Assembly: GCA_963700155.1 (NCBI GenBank)
Contig: OY969472.1
Span: 2,058 to 66,057, forward strand
Direction: 5' to 3'
DNA from: an uncultured bacterium
GTDB lineage: Bacteria > Patescibacteriota > Dojkabacteria > J137
DNA: 64,000 nucleotides
In this document: piece by piece, positions 39,078-48,600 of the stretch
Numbering within the stretch: position 1 is the stretch's first letter
Layout: each line of letters begins with the position of its first letter
Made by a program: the position numbers and the translations under genes
Notes under the pieces: generated by a model
Database searches by the model: none
The model's input: the letters and a program-made list of their open reading frames with translations, nothing else
What the model was told of the DNA's origin: nothing

Positions 39078-39593
39078 ATGGATTGGCAATTGACTGGGAA
39101 TATCGAAAAATCAGAGATCATTAACTTTGAAGAATCTTTAGAGCAATTAGAAGAACTTTTCAACTATCTTTTAAATTTAATTAATCTTTATCCTGAAAAT
39201 CTTAAAACAGCTATTATTTTCGATCAATGGAGTTTGAAAGATATTCTTGCTCATTTTATAGGATGGAATAAACTTACAACCGATGATATAAAAAGAACAT
39301 TAAAAGGAAAAACAAAAGATAATATATGGATAGATGATGCTGAGATAGACCTTTTTAATAAGACTGAAGTGAATAAAAGAAGTACATTAAATTGGGATGA
39401 AGTTCTAAATGAATTTATTATATCTTTCGAAGAACTTTTTAATACATATAAATCCATTCCTCCTGAATTTAGAAAAGCTAATTTGAATCCAAATGAAGAA
39501 GGCTTTCCAATAAGTTTGAGCTTAATGGTTGATGTAAAACATTTCATTTATCACATCTTTGAAATTGAGACAAAAATTAGTGAAATTATTTAG
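39078..39593 (+). CDS. DinB_2 / ClbS (DUF1706)-like four-helix-bundle protein (tentative)
   Basis: 171 aa. ILAHFIGWNKLTTDDIKRTL resembles the ClbS/DfsB IGW motif region. Size fits. Confidence 0.4.
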   Translation: MDWQLTGNIEKSEIINFEESLEQLEELFNYLLNLINLYPENLKTAIIFDQWSLKDILAHFIGWNKLTTDDIKRTLKGKTKDNIWIDDAEIDLFNKTEVNKRSTLNWDEVLNEFIISFEELFNTYKSIPPEFRKANLNPNEEGFPISLSLMVDVKHFIYHIFEIETKISEII

Positions 39594-39688
39594 AAATTTT
39601 CCACAAAAAAATAAAGATTTTTCTTCTAAAATCTTATATACTAAATCAAGTTAATTAAACACAAAAAAACCTAATCCTATAATTAATC

Positions 39689-42600
39689 ATGGAAGAAAAT
39701 ACTGAGAATAAAAATATTATTCTTCTTAACGACGATCTTACTATACGTATTGTTCTTAAGAACTTACTACATCAATATTTTGATAAAAATGTAAAAATAT
39801 ATTCATCTGCCGAAGCATTACAAGGTCTTGGTTTAATTTTCATCTTAAAGTCGGATATAGTTATTGTAGATAAGTCACTTCCTAAGCATAATGGCTTAAA
39901 TATTGTCGACTATATAAAATCCAATGAAAAATTAAAAAAAGTAAAGACAAAAGTTATTGTTCTTGGTGAGGGGAAAGAAGATTCCTCAATACCAAATGAA
40001 TATAAATATATTGATACAACAGATGAGAATTTCCCTGGAACATTAGTAAATTATGTAAAAACAGTTATTCCAGAGTATGTTTCTAAAATTAATAAAGTAA
40101 ATTCTTTAATTTCTAAGTTAGGTAAAAATGTTGTTAAATTCTCTAATAAATCAGATAAAATAATAGCCAATGATAAGGGAAGATTTTTCCCAATGACTCC
40201 TTGGTTAAAATGGGTGTATTATCAATTTTTATCTAGTGTTAATCTTACCTTGTTTTCTTTTCTAGTAGGAAAATTCCCTGATGAGAACAAGGAACAACAG
40301 AAATTTGATATCGAATCCAACTTCAGGAAAAATCTTCCTGGAATAGCGATTGGACTTACAATGTTGTTTTTAACAAGTATAACTGCCTTTGCAATTGGAG
40401 GTACAGTGATAACATCATCATTAGTTTTAACTCAAAATGTACAATCAGCTACAGCAAGAACCTGGGATGGAGGCGGTTCGCAGGACTCATGTGGAGGTAA
40501 TCTAGGAGATGAGAATAAATGGAGCTGTGCTGAAAACTGGAATCCCGATGGAGTTCCTGGGAGTAGCGATACAATTACTTTCAACGGGACTAGTACAAAG
40601 AATTCTGTTATTGATGCAAGTTTTGCAGGAACAGTAAATAATATTACGATAGCGTCTGGCTATACTGGAACAATTACTCAAGCTCGTTCATTAACCGCAA
40701 GTGGTACTTATTCTCAGGCTGCTGGAACATTTAATAGCGAAAACCAGTCTTTAACCGTTGGCTTTTTTACTCTATCTGGTGGAAGTTTTACTGCTCCATC
40801 AACAAACATGACTATATACAGTATGATGACGGTAACTGGTTCACCAAGTTTTAATGCAAATAATGGTACTGTTAATTTCACCTTAGGATATTTAACTATA
40901 TCTTGCGGGAATATTACATTTAATAAGGTAACGATTACTAATGCTGGTTATGTCGTTGTTGAAAGTGATTGTAATCTACCTCTTGGAAATAATCCTACTT
41001 TGTCTTGGGATTATCGTCAAAATTTCTTATTATCAGGTACACTTACTGGCTCTGGAACTCTTACAGCTACTAGCGCAACCACAAGTGGAAAATATTTTTA
41101 CCTTGAGCCTGGTTCAGCATTAGTTGGATTTAGTGGGTTAAATGTCGGGAATTTTTATGTTGCAAATACAGATGCAGATTTTAGTAGTTATACTACTTTC
41201 AGTGTCTCTGGGTATGTAGGACAAAGTTCAGGAACATTTAAAATGCCTACTATTACTGGAACTAATGGTATTCAAGATCTTACACTTTCGGGTGGGACAT
41301 TCAGAGCTCCACCAGGTAATTTAAATATTAATCATGAGATAAACATTAGTGCATCTGCAGCTCCGGGTTTTGATGCAAATGGAGGAACTATAAATTTTAT
41401 AAGTGCATCCAGTAGATATTTAACCTGCAACAATGCTGTGTTTAATAAAGTAACTATTAATACAAATCAATTTGTGGTTGTTTATGCTGGATGTAATTTT
41501 CCATTAGGAAATAATCCGACAATAACATGGTCAGGTAGTCAAAACTTTATTTTAGATGGCACTTTGTCTGGAACAGGTACATTGACAACAGTCGGAGGAA
41601 CAACTAGTGGAAAACAATTTTTTTTAGATCCGGGCTCTTCAGTTACTGGATTCACTAATTATAGTATTGGAGGATATTTCACAATCAGTAGTGGAGTTAC
41701 ATTTGATTCTACTGCTCTTGGTGGAACTTTAAGTGTTGCAAGTGGATATACAATCTCTATGGCATCAGGAACAGTTAGTTTGAACGGGACTGCAAATCCG
41801 ACAATAGGCACACTTGGCATTAGTGGGGGCACATTTATTGGACCACCTTCAAATTTAACAATAAATGGGAATCTGAGTATATCAGGAGGAGCTTTTACTG
41901 CTCCAACAGGGAGTATGAATGTTTATGGGAATATTTCAATAAGTGGAAGCTCAACATTTGATGCAAATGGTGGCACAATAACTCTATTAGGAACAAATAC
42001 TCAGACAATGGGGTGCAATAATGTAACATTAAATAAGGTTGTTATAAATAAAGGGAATATTGGTGCTGATAACTCAGTAACCATAGGGAGCGACTGCAGT
42101 CTCCCATTAGGGAACGACCCAACAGTCATAGTAAATTTAAATTCATTTAATTCAAAAAAAGGAGATCTAATATTAAACGGATCTCTGAGTGGTACAGGAA
42201 CTCTTTCAACTGGTAATGGTTCTGGTGGAAATATAACGCTTGGATCAACCGGATCTATCAATGGATTTAGTGGATTTAACTCACCATATATGGGTCTAAT
42301 AGTATCTGGAACCACCCTGGATATGAGTGGATATACAACATTTATGATGGCAGGTAGTAGCCATTTAACTAACTTATCTGTTCAAAGTGGAGGAACTTTA
42401 AAATTACCAACACCAACTGGTTCAGTAACAGTATCTACAATAAGTACAACTGGAGGAAGTACATTTATTGGAGCTGGGGGAAGTATATATGATAACGGTA
42501 GCCTTTCAATAAGTGGGGGAACATTTGTAGCACCATCGGGTACTCTAAGTCTTGTTGGAAATATTTCAATAAGTGGGAATCCAACTTTTGATGCAAATGG

Positions 42601-45600
42601 TGGCACAATTACACTAGGAGGAAGTAATAATCAAACATTGGCATGTAATAATGTAACATTCAATAAAGTAGTTATAAATAGAGATAATGTTGGGTCCGAT
42701 AATTCTGTAACCATAGGAAGTGACTGCAATCTCCCATTAGGGAATAACCCAACAGTTGTAGTAAATTTAAACTCATTTAATTCAAAAAAAGGAGATTTAA
42801 TACTTAATGGTTCATTGAGTGGGACTGGGACACTTACCATGGGAAATGGATATGGCGGTACATTAACCATGAACACAGGTAGTTCTATATCAAATTTTAG
42901 TTCCATATTTTCAAATAAAACTGCTCAGTTACTGCAAATTTCAGGAGCAAATGAAGATTTAAGTACTTTATCTTCAATGACTTGGAGTGGAGGAATAACA
43001 ATTACTTCTGGAAGTTTAACTTTACCTGATACAGCAAGCATTGGAGCATTAACAGTTAATGGAGGAACTTTAAATTCGACTAATGGAAGTTTAAATGAAT
43101 CTGGAACACTAACACTTTCATCTGGAACATTAAATGCCCCAACAGGGAATCTTAATTTGGCAGGTGCTATATCTTTCTCTTCGACCGGTACTTTCAATGC
43201 TGGAAGTGGGACAATTAATTTAAAAGGAGGAACAGTAACCCATAGCTGTAATAATAAGACTTTTAATCTTGTGACATTAAATAATACCGCAACTCAAACA
43301 GTGAATAGCAACTGCTCTTTTCCTTTAGGGAATGATCCTATAATAACTAACGGAATAACATTAGATAGTGGAACATTAAGTGGAAGTGGGACAATTACAA
43401 TGACTACTGGAATTCTGACTTTAAATACTGGCTACCATCTGACAGGATTTAGTGGATTTACGGGAACCTCAAATGGTCTAAGGACAAGTGGGGCTAGTAA
43501 TACAGTTGATTTCTCAAGTTATTCAACATTTGACTTAAACAGTTCGCTTACAGTCGATACTGGTGCAAGCTTAACATTTCCAAATTCTGGAGCTAACTTT
43601 AATATTACTTCACTTACTTTAAGTGGGAATGGAAGCATATTAAATGCATATAATGGTAATATGAACATTTCGGGTAGTCTTACTTTTTCTGATAACTCAA
43701 CATTTAATGCCGGTAGTGGTTCAATTACTTTTAATGGTTCAACCGCAACACATTCCTGTAATAATGCTACTTTTAACCTTGTTATCTTTAATAATTCAGG
43801 AACACAAACTGTTTCAAGTAACTGTAGTTTTCCATTAGGAAACAATCCTACTGTTGCAAATTCTTTAAATGTTAGTGGTGGTACATTAACTGGAAGTGGA
43901 ACATTTAACATGACTACTGGTACTCTAACTCTAACAAATGCAGCATTCTCAGGATTTATAGGTTTTAATGGAGGCATATTAATAGTAAGTGGCGCTTCTT
44001 CAACAGCAGATTTTAGTAGTTATACAACATTTGATACAACCGGAACAGTTCAAGCTCAAAGTAGCGCCACTTTAACTTTACCCAATAATGCTAACATCGG
44101 AGGAGATTTACAAGCATCTAGTACTATTAACGCTCCTTCAGGAAATTTATATGTCGGTGGATCAATTACAGGTGGCAGTAATTTTCATCATAATAATGGA
44201 ACAGTGATTTTAGACGGTACTAATCAAACTATTTCTACAGCAGCGTTGACTTTTTATAATCTAACCAAGATAGTTCCAACTGGATCTTCTCAAACGTTAA
44301 CATTCCCTGCAGGAACATCATCCACACAAACTATCGCTGGAGATCTTATACTACACGGTTATGATACATCAGCAAGATTAAATTTAAGAACATCATCTGG
44401 AACAACATACTTTCAAATCAATGCTCAAGGATCAAGAGATTTATTATATCTTGATATTAAAGATTCAAATAATATTAATACTGCAGCAATGCAAATGGGT
44501 GGGTCGGGAAGCCAAGACAGTGGACATAATATAGCTTGGAACTTCAGTAGTGCAACTCCAAATGATCCTTCAAATCTTGGACCAGCAAGTGTTATCAGCG
44601 CTGTTTATACTACAACTTTAAAACCAACTTTTAGCTTTACTATCTCAGACCCGAATCCATTAGATACTGTAAAGTATAATTTTCAAGTCGATGATAATAG
44701 TGACTTTAGCTCTCCTGTAATAGATTATTCTACTGTATTAGGATCCCAAGGATCTAAAAGTTTTACAGTTGGACAATCTGCAGGGACAGGTACGTATAAT
44801 GTTGGATCCAGCGGACAGTCATTAACTACTGGTGGATATTACTGGAGAGTAAATGCAACTGATAATAATGGATTAATTTCAAACTATACTACTGCTAATG
44901 GTGGAGCTATTGCGTTTTATATTGATTCTGTGGCACCCGCTACATTTACTCCTACTCTAAACGTAACTAGTCCTACTCAAAACAGAACACCTACAGTAAC
45001 TTTCAATACAACTGACAATGTTGGAGTTGACCATTATCAGGTAAAAGTTGATTCAGGAAGTTTTTCAACTCATACTAGTCCATATACAATTCCAACTTTA
45101 AATGCAGGAGATCATACAATTACTGTTAGAGCTTATGATACAACTTCAAATTATACTGATGGGGTTGTAATGATAACAGTAGAAGTTAATCCACCAGTAG
45201 CATTTTCACCAACATTAAACGTATCTAACCCTACAAATAACACTTCTCCGATTCTTACATTTAGTACAACTGATGGTGCAGGAATAGATCACTATGAAGT
45301 AAAAATAAATTCTGGAAGTTTTTCTACTCAATCATCACCTTATCAGTTACCAACATTAACTCAAGGAAGTTATACATTCACGGTAAGAGCATACAATATT
45401 AATGATGTATACACTGATGGAAGTGTAAGTACTTATATAGATACGAGTGCACCAAACAATTTTACTCCTACTTTGAATGTGGGAAATTATACAAATAATC
45501 AAACTCCGACTTTAAGTTTTGTTACTGCAGATAATCACCAGCTTGGTCACTATGAAGTTGATATTGATGGGGGTGGCTTCACGGCCCAGACTAGTCCATA

Positions 45601-48600
45601 TGTGTTACCAACATTAAGTGAAGCCGCCCATTCGATAACAGTTATAGCATATGATGCTGCAGGAAATTCAAAAACTGGAACAGTGGTGAATGTGACTGTT
45701 GACATTACAGCCCCAGCTTCTTTTACGCCAACATTAGATGTAACTTCACCTACAAGCAACACAAGACCAACAGTCACATTCACCACAACAGATAACAATG
45801 TAGTTAATCATTATGAAATAAAAATCGACTCTGGAAGTTTTACTACTCAATCATCACCATATCAGCTTGATCCGCTTGATTATGGTGATCATACAATTAC
45901 TGTAAGAGCTTTTGATATTGCGGGAAATTATACAGATGGAGATATAATAGATTTATTTGTAGATAACAATGGGCCTGATGCTTTTATTCCTACATTAAAT
46001 GTAGTTTCACCTACAACAAATACTTCTCCTACAGTTTCATTTTCTACAACAGATGATACTGGAATAGATCATTATGAAGTTAAAGTTGATTCAGGGAGCT
46101 TTTTAGAACAGGAAAGTCCTTATACTGTAGATGAGTTAACTGAAGGTTCACATACAATAACTGTTAGAGCTTTTGATACTTTAGGAAACTATACTGATGG
46201 AAATGTAATAATTGTAATTGATTTAACCAAACCTAACGCATTTTCACCAACATTAAATACTGGAAGTTTTACTTCTAATACAAGACCAACAGTAAGTTAC
46301 GGTACAACAGATAATGTTGGAATTAACCATTATGCTGTCAAATTAGATTCAGGTAGTTTTGGTACACATTCTAGTCCTTATCAATTACCGACTTTATCAG
46401 AAGGCTCTCATTCGATAACAGTCAGAGCTTATGATAGTGCTGGCAATTACAGAGATGGAACAACTTTAGCTGTAACAATTGACTTAACAGTTCCAAATAA
46501 CTTTACCCCAACTTTAAATGTAACATCACCTACTATAAATACGACTCCAACAGTTTCATTTAGTACTACAGATAACTTTGGAATTAACTACTATAGAGTT
46601 CAGGTAGATAATGGCAGTTTTTATACTACAACAAGTCCTTATCAAGTACCTCCTTTATCAAATGGAGATCATACAATTACAGTAAGAGTTTATGATAAAG
46701 CATCTAACTATAAAGATGGATCAGTCAACGTTACTGTAAATAGAACCTCACCAGATCCATTTACACCAACATTAAATGTTACTAGTCCAACTAATGATTC
46801 AACACCAATTTTAAGCTTTAGTACTACTGATGCAATGACATCAATAGATCATTATGAAGTTAAAGTAGACAATGGAAGTTTTTCTATTCAGACTAGTCCA
46901 TATCAACTACCAAATTTATTTCAGACAAACTTAAATACTCCACCTCATACAATTACTGTAAGAGCTTACAATACTATTGATAATTTCACAGATGGCACTG
47001 TAAGTTTATACGTCGATACTACTTTACCAACTATTAACTATTCTGCACCTATAAAGATTAAAAATTCAGATATTACAAATACTACCTTCTCAATTAGTGA
47101 TAACTTAGGAATTAACAAAGATAATACATCTATTACAGGTGGTGTGTTTACATGCAATCAAGGATCAGTTATTGGTGTTGGATGTAGTGGAACAATTACG
47201 AATAGCGGGACTGTTAGTATTACAGCTACAGATAATGCAGGAAGTTCAAGAACTGTGAATGTTACTGGATATATTATAGATCAGGTTGCCCCTGAAATTA
47301 CAATTACAGCGCCAACAAAGAATTCTGCTACAACAATAACAGACACTACTCTTTTTGTTACTGATAATATCCAAATCACTGTTGATAAAGTAATAGCTGT
47401 ATCAGGCGGTACAATCATTTGTACCCAAACCAGTCAGACACGTGTAGATTGTACCGCCTCTGTTTCAGACACCGGTGATTTAGTAATAAATGCTAATGAC
47501 ACAGCAGGAAACGCTGATGCTTTAACTGAAAGTGGTTATGTGGTAACTGCTACACCACCAGCACCTTTCCAGCCATCACTTAACACTACAGCTTATACTA
47601 ATGATACTGCTCCAATATTATTCTTTTCTACAACAGATGCAGATGGGATAGATCATTATGAAGTAAAAATAAATAATGGATCATTTACAACACAAATTAG
47701 TCCATATCAACTCCCTATTCAATCTGCAGGATTTAAAACTATAACAGTTAGAGCTTACGATACTCAAGGTAACTTTAGAGACGGTTCAATTGGTGTGACA
47801 ATAGACACTTCATCTCCAGCAGCTTTTACTCCTATACTTAATGTTTCAAGTCCTACAAATAATACAACACCTATAGTCTCATTCTTCACTACTGATAATA
47901 ATGGAATTGATCATTACGAAGTACAAGTTGATGGAGGATCTTTCAGCACTCAAGTAAGTCCATATCAACTTCCAGAATTAGTTGAAGGAGATCATATTAT
48001 TACGGTAAGAGCATTTAATATTGTTGGAAATTATACTGATGGGAGTGTTGATTTAACAGTGGACTTAACACCACCAGAATCTTTCACACCAATTATTACC
48101 CCTGGAACAATAACAAATATAACAAACCCTGAATTAACTTATTCAACAACTGATAATATTGCAGTTAGTCACTATGAAGTTCAAGTTGACTCTGGGATGT
48201 TCTCAATTCAAGCTAGTCCTTACACTGTTCCAACTGTACCTGAAGGAGATCATACTATGACTGTTGTAGCTTACGATACTGCGGGAAATTCAACAACCGA
48301 AATGGTTGGGGCAATAGTTGATCAAAGTGCTCCTGTAATTAGTTATTCTGCTCCAACTAGAGTCAAAAACTCTAACATAACAAATACAACTATAACTGTA
48401 ATAGATGATGCAGCAATTGATGTTTCAAATGTCACTGCAAGCGGTGTTGGTATAATAAATTGTACTCAAACTTCTAGTACTCGAGTTGATTGTACTTCAA
48501 ACATAGCGAGTTCAGGAACGTTAACAATAAATGCCGAAGATACAGTAGGATATACTTCAAGTGAAGATATTGATGGTTATGTAATTGAAACTATAGCTCC

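Noticed and set aside
42001-43977. Five minus-strand ORFs of 74-152 aa inside the giant gene (42001-42315, 42382-42606, 42631-42906, 42925-43197, 43519-43977), plus 45550-45798
   Set aside because: They lie antisense to an uninterrupted 10.9 kb coding frame with strong repeat structure. They are Pro/Leu/Val-rich, as expected from the reverse complement of Gly/Thr/Asn-rich codons. They are spurious.
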